A stretch of DNA of 63,059 bases, counting the filler, from Stramenopiles sp. TOSAG23-3 (Eukaryota): the NCBI GenBank assembly GCA_900128585.1. It is 10 parts of 10 records of this genome, joined end to end, with 100 filler letters (N's around TTAATTAATTAA, not from the genome) between each part and the next. Parts side by side here need not be neighbours in the genome. Positions count along the whole stretch, not along the records: positions 20,710 to 27,496 come from LT643253.1; positions 27,597 to 34,381 come from LT643254.1; 8 more parts are not named here. The stretch is one strand, 5' to 3'. How positions within the stretch are numbered: position 1 is the first letter of the stretch; each line of letters begins with the position of its first letter. Of this stretch, positions 23,451-33,042 are shown in pieces. A program made the translations under genes and the position numbers. The notes below the pieces were generated by a model. It did no database searches. It worked only from the letters and a program-made list of their open reading frames with translations, and was not told where the DNA came from.

Positions 23451-24566
23451 TCAGTACCTTGCTCTTTCCCTTGGAACAAGACATAAAATTCTTGCCTCGC
23501 AACTTTGCCGCTCCGGCGCGCTTTCATCCGTATTTTCGTCATCAAACGAGGAGTGCAATGTAGGTTGAAAGGGTGTCATGGCGCTATCGTAAGTCTTGAT
23601 CAATAAAACTTCTGTGTCAAGCATTTTTGGAAACCAATACCACTGGTGATTTTTGCTGTGTAGACTTGAGTAAAAATCTAAGGACGCGTCGCCGCCTAAA
23701 TTTGCTTTCTTGGTGTATTTTGATGCCCCGCCACCAATGCTGCTACGGCACAATTCTGTGGTTCCCACAGAACGCGCATCACACACGGCCAGGGGAAACC
23801 TTGTTAGTGGTATTTTGGAAATGTTTCTCCAAGTGTTTATCATCAGGAGACGAGAGTTGGACAATTCCTTTTCCGTAACCCCAGACTTTTTCATCATGTC
23901 AACGATGCCAAATGTGGCCGTGGTGCCACCTTGGTCTTGAAATGCGCTTAAAACCGAGTCTCTATAGTCTTCGCAAAAGTCGTTATGCACGAATTGGATT
24001 GGTCCGGACACGGCCGTGAACAACTTGTTAATCGGACTCGTCGCCTTCTTTCCGGACTTACGTATCAAGTGCCCGTTGCAAAATGCCCTTGTTGCCCCAG
24101 TCACGTGCATGCACAAGCGTTCGATCTCACGATAATAGCATGATGCTACATGTGCGGGATTATCCCAATTTTTAACTTTTGATACATGCGGATGAAGTTG
24201 GAACCCCGTGTTGAACAGGCTTACAATGCCACTCATCCGTGCATCCATCACATTTTTTCGTTCCTCCTGCAACATCGTTGCTACGGCCCGTCCTTGATCT
24301 CTAACTATCGATTGGAGCTCCTCCCGTGCCTCCTTGTTCTTAAGAATGGTTGCAAAAATATTCTGCAGACTCTTCATGTCGAACGTTCCACTTGCATCGT
24401 TCTGGGAAAATGATCCTGCAAGGGATCGTTGTGTTCCTTTTTCGCCCCTGTCGCTAAATTTTGTCAGCAACGTAACCAAGCGGCCGATGGCCAGGCCTTG
24501 CGCACGAACTGGGTCACCTTCTGGCCGTGGATCAATCCGATAGTTGAAAACCCCGTTCGTGCTCAT
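23451..24566 (-). CDS. CmcJ/NvfI/AsaB-family non-heme Fe(II)/2OG oxidoreductase
   Basis: VHNDF, INTWRNI, PLAVCDARSV, HQWYWFPKM..EVLLIKTYDS, TLHSSFDD, PERQSCEAR. Confidence 0.85.
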   Translation of the reverse strand: MSTNGVFNYRIDPRPEGDPVRAQGLAIGRLVTLLTKFSDRGEKGTQRSLAGSFSQNDASGTFDMKSLQNIFATILKNKEAREELQSIVRDQGRAVATMLQEERKNVMDARMSGIVSLFNTGFQLHPHVSKVKNWDNPAHVASCYYREIERLCMHVTGATRAFCNGHLIRKSGKKATSPINKLFTAVSGPIQFVHNDFCEDYRDSVLSAFQDQGGTTATFGIVDMMKKSGVTEKELSNSRLLMINTWRNISKIPLTRFPLAVCDARSVGTTELCRSSIGGGASKYTKKANLGGDASLDFYSSLHSKNHQWYWFPKMLDTEVLLIKTYDSAMTPFQPTLHSSFDDENTDESAPERQSCEARILCLVPRERARY

Positions 24567-25050
24567 TGTAGTATTTGCAGTGATAAAGAGTCAGCTTTCC
24601 TGTTTTTTTTTTCTTTGAGCGTTCCGGTTTGCATTCAAATTGTTTTTGCTACAGCTTTCGTCCCCACACCTTTATTAACTCATCTTCAAGTTCAACAAGC
24701 TTCTTCTTGCACGTAGTAGTGAGTAGCACGACAAGGAGAGAATTGAATGGGGGGTTCAATAATATCATCCTGTGTTGGGTTACTAAAAAAAAAAAACTTT
24801 TGGGTTCAACTTTGTTGTTTATTATTTATTATTAGACGTTGGCTGCTCGCTGGTTCCGAACTTTCCAAATGAATAATACAAGTATACATTCTAGTAACCT
24901 AAATCCATTATTATGAAAATATATAGACACTATAAAATAAATGCTACCTGGTACGTATAAAACAGACGACTATTATATATATAATTTTTAATTTCGGTGC
25001 GGAGATAGACTAGCGAACGGTAGGTATTAAACCTGAGTAGACGCCTCTCT

Positions 25051-26712
25051 CTACGCTTTTATTTCCAACAAATTTTTACCGGATGACAGAAACGTGTTTG
25101 CCGTTACGCTGCCGTCTTTGTTCATGGTTATCATCTCCGCTTTGCAAGTGCCAAACACAGTGGTGTGAATGTATGTGCTGCCTTCTTGGTCAAGGAAAGC
25201 GAATTGGTTCGCGGGGGCACTGCAATTTACCGAGGCATGGATGAGGCCGAACAAAGCGGCGGGCAATTGAATTTCCACCCCAAACAATCGATGCTTGTTG
25301 TCGTGCGTTAAGGAGCCATCGTGGGTGATTTTCACAAATTCTGACGATCCTTCTATCGAATCCACTTTGTATTCTTCCCCATTGTAGTAAATGTAGGAAG
25401 GAGTGAACCAGGCCAAGTCCAAACCTAATATTTTGATTGGCATGCCGACTAATTCGATCTGAAGATCGGACACGGTTTTTCCGTCCTCGCTTGTAAACTG
25501 AGACGCGGATATCATCACCCAGTTCAACAAATCTAAACCGTAGGGAATTTTGTACGTTGTTTTCACCAGAGGAATGGACGGGGCCAATTTGTTCTTTCCC
25601 ACGGTTCCACCAACAGGCCACCCGCTGCGGTCGTACTGCGAGACAGGGTTGGGCAAAACGGCCCCAAGCCCAAGGAGAGCAAGTTCGGGCGGAAGGAAAG
25701 AATTTGTCCGCCCCCCCGTTGCAAAACTGATGTTCACTTCGACGCCACCGATCGTGCCAATCAAGTTGTTTTTTCCCATCACTATACTCTTGCCAAAATG
25801 CACAGTGACATTGTCCGCACCAACGGAGAAATCTTCTAGCGGTAGCGTTTGTCGGGTGACAGAGTGCGATGTTCCATCCGTGTATTGGACCAAACGTAGC
25901 TCAAGGGTATCAGGTCGCTTTATCAAGTCGATAAGGACACCCGTGTGCCCATCGCTGGTCCATAAGTACCAAAACTCAGTCTCGAATGCCGCCCGGTCAA
26001 TGCAGTTTTTAATTACATCGCCGAGAAGCAGGACACCAAATTGTAAAAAGCTCCTTATCTTGTCCGCTACCGTTCCACCGTGGACTCGGACGGAAGCCGC
26101 CAGGCTGATGATACTGCCGACTCCAATTTTCACGATTCCAGAGCGCAATACGGCAGATTTTGGATATTTTGCATCGGCGTCAAGGACATGGACGTAAAGG
26201 GTAGTGATTTGCGTCAACAAGCCAAGGCAATTGTTTCCCGGGATATGCTTCACCCCATAAAGCAAGTAGTTTTTGCCTTCTTCCTTAAATGGCAAAGAAT
26301 ATTCCATCATCAATTGATGCGATGGCAAGACACCCCCATCGAATATATGCAATGAACCTTGGGGTACAGGGCCGACAGGTACCTTCGTTTTGTTCGTTAT
26401 GGCAGATTCTTCAACAGTCCCCGTGCAAAGGGCATTATGAAGAGGGTCCGCGAGCCACGTTCTGACATCTTTAATATTGACGTGGAGTGAAAAGGCAAGA
26501 ACTTCCCCTTTCAGCTTGCCCTTGATATACGCGACCTCAAAATCTTTGATTGTGTCACTGGGTGACCCCCCAGTTGTAGCGAACCCCTTAAGCGTCTCGT
26601 TAAATGTGATAGAGATCGTCGCATTATCCAATTTACCTAAAACGGGCGTGGGCGTTACCAGGACCCCGAGCAACAGGAACAGGAAGAGTAACTGGCTAAC
26701 AACTTTCATCAT
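25051..26712 (-). CDS. Secreted beta-rich protein; N-half resembles the accessory domain of GMC/cholesterol-oxidase-like proteins
   Basis: ATG at 26712 and a signal peptide; motifs FNETLKG, LADPLH.A.CTG, M.Y.L, YGVKHI, TTLYV. No FAD-binding GxGxxG. Confidence 0.7.
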   Translation of the reverse strand: MMKVVSQLLFLFLLLGVLVTPTPVLGKLDNATISITFNETLKGFATTGGSPSDTIKDFEVAYIKGKLKGEVLAFSLHVNIKDVRTWLADPLHNALCTGTVEESAITNKTKVPVGPVPQGSLHIFDGGVLPSHQLMMEYSLPFKEEGKNYLLYGVKHIPGNNCLGLLTQITTLYVHVLDADAKYPKSAVLRSGIVKIGVGSIISLAASVRVHGGTVADKIRSFLQFGVLLLGDVIKNCIDRAAFETEFWYLWTSDGHTGVLIDLIKRPDTLELRLVQYTDGTSHSVTRQTLPLEDFSVGADNVTVHFGKSIVMGKNNLIGTIGGVEVNISFATGGRTNSFLPPELALLGLGAVLPNPVSQYDRSGWPVGGTVGKNKLAPSIPLVKTTYKIPYGLDLLNWVMISASQFTSEDGKTVSDLQIELVGMPIKILGLDLAWFTPSYIYYNGEEYKVDSIEGSSEFVKITHDGSLTHDNKHRLFGVEIQLPAALFGLIHASVNCSAPANQFAFLDQEGSTYIHTTVFGTCKAEMITMNKDGSVTANTFLSSGKNLLEIKA

Positions 26713-27496
26713 CCTGTTGATAAAACCAGAATTGTATTTGAAGTACCAACACCACAAAGCACGCAAATCTATATTAAACTTTGTAATGAAAACAGACGAA
26801 CAGGGGAACTTTGTTTATGATTTCCCTTTCCTTTTAGGAGCGGTTCATACATATCACGGCGAACCTATACAAAAAATGGAAAACAAAAGAACTTTTATTT
26901 ATTATTTTTACTACTTGGTACTACTATACGTTGGTAGTCAGTCGTCTACGTAACTACGTAACTATTCTATTATTATTTGGATTATTTTCATTCTATTTTT
27001 ATTTGTATTTGGTACCGTACTGACACTACCGGTATTAATATTGTCACTCATCACGATATTTATTTAAAAATAAATTTTATTTGGTAAAAAATTTATATAT
27101 TGACGACTAGTATTTTTTCCCCTGCTATCCCTTGCTATCCCTTTTGTTGGAAACAAAGATCCAGGTTTGGAAGATGCTGTGTTCTTGTGCATTCTATAAT
27201 ATATTGCGATGGGGGAGTGTTTTTGCACGTAGTGACATAATAATCTTTTAGAAAACTGGTGTAATTTGGATTAATTCTTATTTCCATGTTGTGTTGTTGT
27301 TGACGGTGGTGGTGGAAGAATGAAATTTTGGATATTTGTTTTTTTTTTTAATAAAAAAAATCTAAGAAGAAGATCTTAACAAAAGAAGAAGAAGAAGAGC
27401 AGGGAGAGTCATCGAACACACGAGCGAGGAGGAGGAGGAGGAGGAAGAAGGAGAAGGGGATAAAAAATATTTGGTGTGTGTACAAGTAAGTAGTAT

Positions 27497-27596
27497 NNNN
27501 NNNNNNNNNNNNNNNNNNNNNNNNNNNNNNNNNNNNNNNNTTAATTAATTAANNNNNNNNNNNNNNNNNNNNNNNNNNNNNNNNNNNNNNNNNNNN
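27497..27596. other. Artificial contig spacer
   Basis: 44 N + TTAATTAATTAA + 44 N. Confidence 0.99.
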
Positions 27597-27638
27597 AACA
27601 ACCCCATTATCAATCTATAATCACTCCTCACCACAACA

Positions 27639-28145
27639 ATGAAACACACATACGAAGCACTACGATACTGGCTCAACTTTGTGGTTAAGCATGGGAAAGA
27701 GTACATGAACGGACCCGCCACCTCCTTCTATTGTACCGAGCTTATCTTTGTGTTCACCAACATTGGGTTGCGCCATAAATGGTTCCAATTGTTCGATGGC
27801 TTTGACGAAATCACGGAGCTCCCCGAAGATCCCAGCGACTTGGGGAAGCTCGCCCTTTGCTTTGATGTCAAACGGATTACAGACGACTGGCAGATAATTC
27901 AAGTCAAGCTCAACGATATCATGTTCGCCCACTTTGACATGGTACACCTTAACCCACTCACGGATCAAGAGGCGCACGAGGCCCTCATGGCTGCTGATCC
28001 CATGTACGTCAGTGATTTGGACGCCTACTTTGAAGTTGACAACGAGTTTGCCTTTGACCCTAACGAATCCTTGAGCTTGACCCCGGAAAATAATATTTAT
28101 AGGCACGATCCACTGCCAATCTCAACGCACGATGTCGTCGTCTAA
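27639..28145 (+). CDS. Hypothetical acidic protein (168 aa)
   Basis: ATG in ACAACAATG context; coding-like codon bias; no recognised motif. Confidence 0.75.
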   Translation: MKHTYEALRYWLNFVVKHGKEYMNGPATSFYCTELIFVFTNIGLRHKWFQLFDGFDEITELPEDPSDLGKLALCFDVKRITDDWQIIQVKLNDIMFAHFDMVHLNPLTDQEAHEALMAADPMYVSDLDAYFEVDNEFAFDPNESLSLTPENNIYRHDPLPISTHDVVV

Positions 28146-28256
28146 GCATAGTACATTNNNNNNNNNNNNNNNTAAATGTTTAATGCTATCTTGTAGTCTG
28201 ACTAGTCATATATTATTATGTACCTTAAAATTATTATGAAGTTTCTAAGTAATGTC

Positions 28257-29069
28257 TTATACCTCAACCGACTCAAGGAGCTCCCTGAGGGTTTGCCCGT
28301 GATTGTTTCGAATTTGTTCCGCTGCTCTGCTCTTGTTGTATCTTTTCCATACTTCAGGCTTCCTCGTCCTTCTAAACGTGTGGTAGTTGGAGATAAAGCA
28401 GCCAATTTTGGTGGCCGATCCAAACTTGAAGTGTTCTCCGTGCCTTGTTTTGAGCTCGTTCATGAGCATGGCGTCGTAGGCGGGCGTCCCAATAGGCCGT
28501 TTTCGATAGGTTTTCACCGCGAAGCCCGTGACTTGAATGAACCCGTCCTCTGTCGGCTTAACGAAGTACCGCTTGTTCTGTAGCTGAAAGTGCCACTCGT
28601 CGTCTGTCTTGACTCTTCCGTTTTGAACAGCAGCCACCATCTTCTCATGGGACTTCTTCTTGTTCTCTTTGGCCGGTGATCTAGACTTCAATCCGTGCCA
28701 TTGTCCCTCCTTCATCGGATGGGTGCGCTCCCTTACGCCGCCGTACTTCGCTAGTCGTATGACAGCAGTAGCAGTACCAGAGTCCGTGCGGTGGGCGTCG
28801 CGGTTGCACTCTTGGCACACACGAACAAGGCGCCCGAATTTGCGTCTCCTCCGCTTGCATACAACACACTTAATCGTAGTTGATTTTTGCTTCGGCTTGT
28901 CCTTCTCTATCATCTGTGTCAGCTTCTGGGCAGCCTTCAACCTCAGAAAAGGATGGTAGGGGCGGTACCCCTCAGGTAATGTGTAGTCCTTCCCATTGGC
29001 CCGCCCTCCATTGAGAACTTTGGGTTTGAGGAACTTTGCTGCCTTTGTACAGACCGTGTAGGGTGCCAT
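28257..29069 (-). CDS. Basic hypothetical protein with CxxC-x13-CxxC zinc ribbon (270 aa)
   Basis: CVVCKRRRRKFGRLVRVCQEC; start context CTATAAAAAATG. Confidence 0.8.
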   Translation of the reverse strand: MAPYTVCTKAAKFLKPKVLNGGRANGKDYTLPEGYRPYHPFLRLKAAQKLTQMIEKDKPKQKSTTIKCVVCKRRRRKFGRLVRVCQECNRDAHRTDSGTATAVIRLAKYGGVRERTHPMKEGQWHGLKSRSPAKENKKKSHEKMVAAVQNGRVKTDDEWHFQLQNKRYFVKPTEDGFIQVTGFAVKTYRKRPIGTPAYDAMLMNELKTRHGEHFKFGSATKIGCFISNYHTFRRTRKPEVWKRYNKSRAAEQIRNNHGQTLRELLESVEV

Positions 29070-29306
29070 TTTTTATAGTTGTTTTTAACTTTATATTTGT
29101 AATGTTTGCGTGTATTTTTTATGTTTTAATTCTATCTGGTAATCTTTGGGACAAATGTCAACTTTCTATATTATAATCTCAAGTTTCTTTTTGTCCCCGA
29201 TCACAGCATTTGCTTTTCGGATGGATGATGTAGTGTAGTATGATAGAATAATAATAATTTGTGCGTGATATAAAAAAAATGAATCCATTAACCACTGGTT
29301 AAGAAA

Positions 29307-29949
29307 TTATGGTGAATTACTGTAGTACCCCATGTCGTCCTCGTTGTCGTCAAGTTCCTTAAAGGAGCCGAACTCGTCAGTCTTCCATTCTGTTAGTACG
29401 TAATCCTGTTCTTCGAGATATTCGTACTCGCCTTTAAGGAATTCGTTGTCGATGAAGCGGTGCATGTCGCGGATAAGGTTTCCGGGTATGATCTCAACTT
29501 CGCAGTACCCTGTGTGCTTGTCCAGTCCGGTGATTTCCTTTCCTTCCTTGTCAAAGAACTTGGCGTAAGGTTTGTCAGCCTGTACCTTCCCGAACCATAC
29601 CTTTCTGCCTTTCCTGCCATAACTCCTTTATATCACCCTTGAAAACGTTGGTATCAGTGTCGTCGTAGTGCTTCCACCTCCATAGGCTAAAGAAGAACTC
29701 GTACTCTTCCTGTAAGGGAGTGGCATTTGCTTTAAAGATGTCACCACTCTCTCGCTTCTCGTCGTTGATTTTCCGCCTCTTCTGGATCATCTCTTTATAT
29801 CTATTGATATTGAGTTGATCCACTGGGGACCTTGCTATGCCGTTGACATGATGAACGCTAGCTCGCGCGTACCACTTCTCGGTCTTTGTCATGGGGACTC
29901 TGACTGCTGGCTTCATCGGTGGAGTTCTTTGTTTGGTAGTGTGGACCAT
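29307..29949 (-). pseudogene. Hypothetical gene of about 213 aa interrupted by a 1-nt frameshift near 29602
   Basis: The ORF from 29949 stops at 29575. Removing one A from CAGAAAGGTA gives ...QERQKVWFGKVQADKPYAKFFDKEG...DDMGYYSNSP* to TAA at 29307, with the same codon style. Confidence 0.7.
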
Positions 29950-30056
29950 AGTTGATTTGTGTTTGTTGATTGCTTTCTTTTGATATAGTTTAGATACTGT
30001 TCGGTTTGGTTTACTTTTACTATGTTTTGTAATTAGTTTACTTTTTATATTTTCTT

Positions 30057-30120
30057 TTATGGTCTGTTGGTCTTATGGTCTGTTGGTCTTATGGTCTGTT
30101 GGTCTTATGGTCTGTTGGTC
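30057..30120. repeat. Perfect 16-bp tandem repeat x4 (TTATGGTCTGTTGGTC)
   Basis: Read directly from the sequence. Confidence 0.98.
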
Positions 30121-30170
30121 TGATAATGGGATGTACCAAATGGGATGTTGGGATTTTTTCCGATTGGAAT

Positions 30171-30322
30171 CCCATTGGGAATTGTGGCTATTATTCGACC
30201 TATTACCCAATGGAAATTGTGGCTATTATTCGATACCCAATGGGAATTGTGGCTCTATTATTCGATACCCAATGGGAATTGTGGCTATTATTCAACCCAT
30301 CCCAATGGGATCCCAATGGGAT
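30171..30322. repeat. About 30-bp repeats with palindromic core CCCA(A/T)TGGG
   Basis: CCCAATGGGAATTGTGGCTATTATTCGA-type units at 30171, 30206, 30236 and 30268; extra cores at 30301 and 30312. Confidence 0.95.
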
Positions 30323-30528
30323 TAATATTATTTTTTTTGTAATTATCAATAATCAGCTCCGAATCCCACTACCCCTACGCCCGTTACACACCGTGAATGG
30401 GATCTCAACCACCGGGATCGTACCTTCGTAAGATATAAAACTAAAATAACATTTAAACTAATGTAATTAAATTATCAAAAAGTTGTCAACTATATACAAA
30501 TTAAAACAAAAATCAACTCTGACTCGTC

Positions 30529-31521
30529 ATGCAGGTCTACCCTAACGCCCTTTGGGCTACCATTATCAAATCGCTGGTCGTTGTTATCGGCGCCCACGGC
30601 CATGAAAACCTCAAGCCACCTGAGGAGTGTGAAGCCGTCAATTGGGATCGTAGTCCTATGCACAACAAGGAGTACGTTGAGAATGCCGTGCTCATCGATC
30701 ATCGCCCTTTTGATCCAAAAATCAACGCTACCTTCGTCGTCTGGAACTCCGCTCTACCTCATTGCAATGGAACATGGAACGATAAGCTCTCTGGGAAGAA
30801 GCGAAAACGCGGCTTTTCCCCACAGCTGACTACAAAGGGCCATTTCGTCTCTGACATGGAAGCAGCATCGGAATACGCCCACGAGCATGGATTCTGTGTT
30901 GTTGAGCTCGATCTCTCTTTGGAAGAGTACAATCGCCTGATCACGCTTTATCGACAGTCCGTTCAGCTGGTAAACAAGGAGATTATCGATCCAGAATCAC
31001 CTACCTGTCCGGATATCAACAAGATAAACGCCGATCACCTGCCGCCATACAAGACTAAAGGTCTCCAACAATTTTATGGCTTCTGTCACACTCCATTCGC
31101 TAACGCCTGTCGCGAAATAGCAGCTATTAAGCGCCTGTTCAGCATACTGTACGACTGCCCCCAACATGCTATGTACTGCTCGCTCGACGCGTCTGCTGTG
31201 GCAATGGCTACTGGTTCAAATGACAATTGGCTTCATAGAGATCAGACAAAAGCTAAGGTAAATCACGACTGTTGGCAGGGCACACTCTACCTCAAGTCTC
31301 CAACAAAGAAGTACAGAAGACTGGCGCAAATGGTAGCACACCATCCTACTACCCACGGTCTTGCCAATCGAGAAGATCTGGAGAACTACGCAAAGGCTAA
31401 TGGCGCCTGCTTAACACACAATAATCACCGCGTGAACAAGGAAGCGGAAGGCTTAACTGGTCATCTCGCAATGAGAAAAGAACAGTATGGAAAGAGGTAT
31501 AAAACTCATACTACTAAGTAA
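30529..31521 (+). CDS. PhyH-like Fe(II)/2-oxoglutarate dioxygenase with rearranged motif order
   Basis: HGFCVV, GLQQFYGFCH, SLD, WLHRDQ, CWQGTLYL, RLAQMV..HP; the blocks LVVVIGAH and FVVWNSALPHCN sit at the N-terminus. Confidence 0.8.
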   Translation: MQVYPNALWATIIKSLVVVIGAHGHENLKPPEECEAVNWDRSPMHNKEYVENAVLIDHRPFDPKINATFVVWNSALPHCNGTWNDKLSGKKRKRGFSPQLTTKGHFVSDMEAASEYAHEHGFCVVELDLSLEEYNRLITLYRQSVQLVNKEIIDPESPTCPDINKINADHLPPYKTKGLQQFYGFCHTPFANACREIAAIKRLFSILYDCPQHAMYCSLDASAVAMATGSNDNWLHRDQTKAKVNHDCWQGTLYLKSPTKKYRRLAQMVAHHPTTHGLANREDLENYAKANGACLTHNNHRVNKEAEGLTGHLAMRKEQYGKRYKTHTTK

Positions 31522-31539
31522 TTCTTTACATTATTTTAA

Positions 31540-31905
31540 TTACATACTACAGTATACACAATCGCATTCACCGTACGATATCATTCCCGGAGTTGTGTAT
31601 GGCACTATCTCGCTTCCGTCCATTGGGAATGTTGCCCTGTTCTTGTACAGAGGATCGCAACAGTTCTTGTAATCCCAGCTCAAGTAGTAGTCGTCGAAGT
31701 TGATTTGGAGATGGGAAACGTACTTCTTCGCCGGTCGGCCATTCATGATGACCCTCAGGTCCTTCCCGTTCCAGTAGCCCTGTAATTCCATCGTCGTTTG
31801 TAAGCGCATTTTACAGGTTGGCTCCGGTCGTAACACCTCGTCGCGAACCCATAGGCCCTTGAGGATTAATGGAGTAAACTCTTCTACGTCTGATCGTAAC
31901 TGCAT
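31540..31905 (-). CDS. Hypothetical protein (121 aa)
   Basis: AAAATCACAATG start; Cys-rich C-terminus (CC...CxCxxC); ends 18 nt from the convergent gene. Confidence 0.7.
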   Translation of the reverse strand: MQLRSDVEEFTPLILKGLWVRDEVLRPEPTCKMRLQTTMELQGYWNGKDLRVIMNGRPAKKYVSHLQINFDDYYLSWDYKNCCDPLYKNRATFPMDGSEIVPYTTPGMISYGECDCVYCSM

Positions 31906-32076
31906 TGTGATTTTATGTTATATTACGCAATGTTTATGGGTTTTCTAGTTAAATGTTAACGATTTCTTTCTGTTCCTATAATTTATGTAATTTCGGTAGG
32001 TTGGTAAGTCGGTAAGTCGGTTGTAGAAGGTTGTAGGTTGTAGAAGGTTGTAGGTTGTAGAAAAAAAGTAAAATAT

Positions 32077-32526
32077 TTAGCAGTCATTTTGAAGACACCC
32101 ACCACAATTTCTTCCAGCGCACAGCACAGTCTTAGTGTACATGTAGGGCGACATGGGATAATTGTGGCCAGAAGAAAACCACGCCTTATTGTTATCAATT
32201 TCGACATCCACATTGCAAAGTTTCGTATGTTTCGGCGCCCTGATTTTCAAAGTAACTTCGTACTCGTCTTCTTCGTCTCGTTTGCGTTTTTTCAATGGAG
32301 AATAGGCCAAGTTCGGTGATTCTTCGATGAACATAGGCTGTGTTGTGCTAGTCCCACAGTTCTTCTTCCAGCCGAGTCTAGAGCCCATATACTCGTTGTA
32401 ATCGGGATGAAGTTCTGCTAAAGCAAGAGCCATCGGGTGCGGCTCAGTAAATCGTTCCCAATCCCGTACTTCAGCTTCTTGGATCGCGCTGTCAACGAGA
32501 TAATCTACGAGACAACTGATAAACAT
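32077..32526 (-). CDS. Hypothetical protein with NLS-like PLKKRKR and C-terminal Cys cluster (149 aa)
   Basis: AAACAACTATG start; CAGRNCGGCLQNDC terminus. Confidence 0.75.
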   Translation of the reverse strand: MFISCLVDYLVDSAIQEAEVRDWERFTEPHPMALALAELHPDYNEYMGSRLGWKKNCGTSTTQPMFIEESPNLAYSPLKKRKRDEEDEYEVTLKIRAPKHTKLCNVDVEIDNNKAWFSSGHNYPMSPYMYTKTVLCAGRNCGGCLQNDC

Positions 32527-33042
32527 AGTTGTTTTTGGTTAGTAAATGGAGTTTTGTTAGTTTGTTTGTTGGTTTGTTAGTTTGTTTGTTTAATGTATTC
32601 ATTCTTATTTCTTTTTCGCAAATGGAATTCCCAATTGTACTAAAACTCGTGCGAGTAATGTAAGTGTCAACCACTACCCAATGCGATTCTAATTATTTAT
32701 TGATTCAAAAAAAATAAGATTTCTTGTTTCGATGCTGTCTCTATGTTAATTCAAATAATGATTAAAAAAATGGCCCATACGGCTGCTATTCCTATGTTAT
32801 TTTCGACCAAAAATCATTAATTTATTTCTATGCTGTCTTCATGTTAATGAAAATCCCAACTAATCCCATCTGGTACCACAATTTTTTTTCTTCATCCTCC
32901 CTCCAAAATTTTTTTGTCTTCACGAACGCAAAAGGTTCTGGTCCTCCCGGGAAATTGGAAACATGGAAAGTAAATAAGTATAAAATAATATAAAAGCAAA
33001 TGAAACACAAATAAAAATAGCAAATACTAATACAAAATCACA

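Noticed and set aside
29393-29620. 75-aa ORF as a separate gene
   Set aside because: Wrong frame; the region is better explained as the frameshifted C-terminal half of the 29949 gene.
30171-30322. CRISPR-like 30-bp repeats
   Set aside because: Repeats are nearly adjacent, with no unique spacers and no cas genes.
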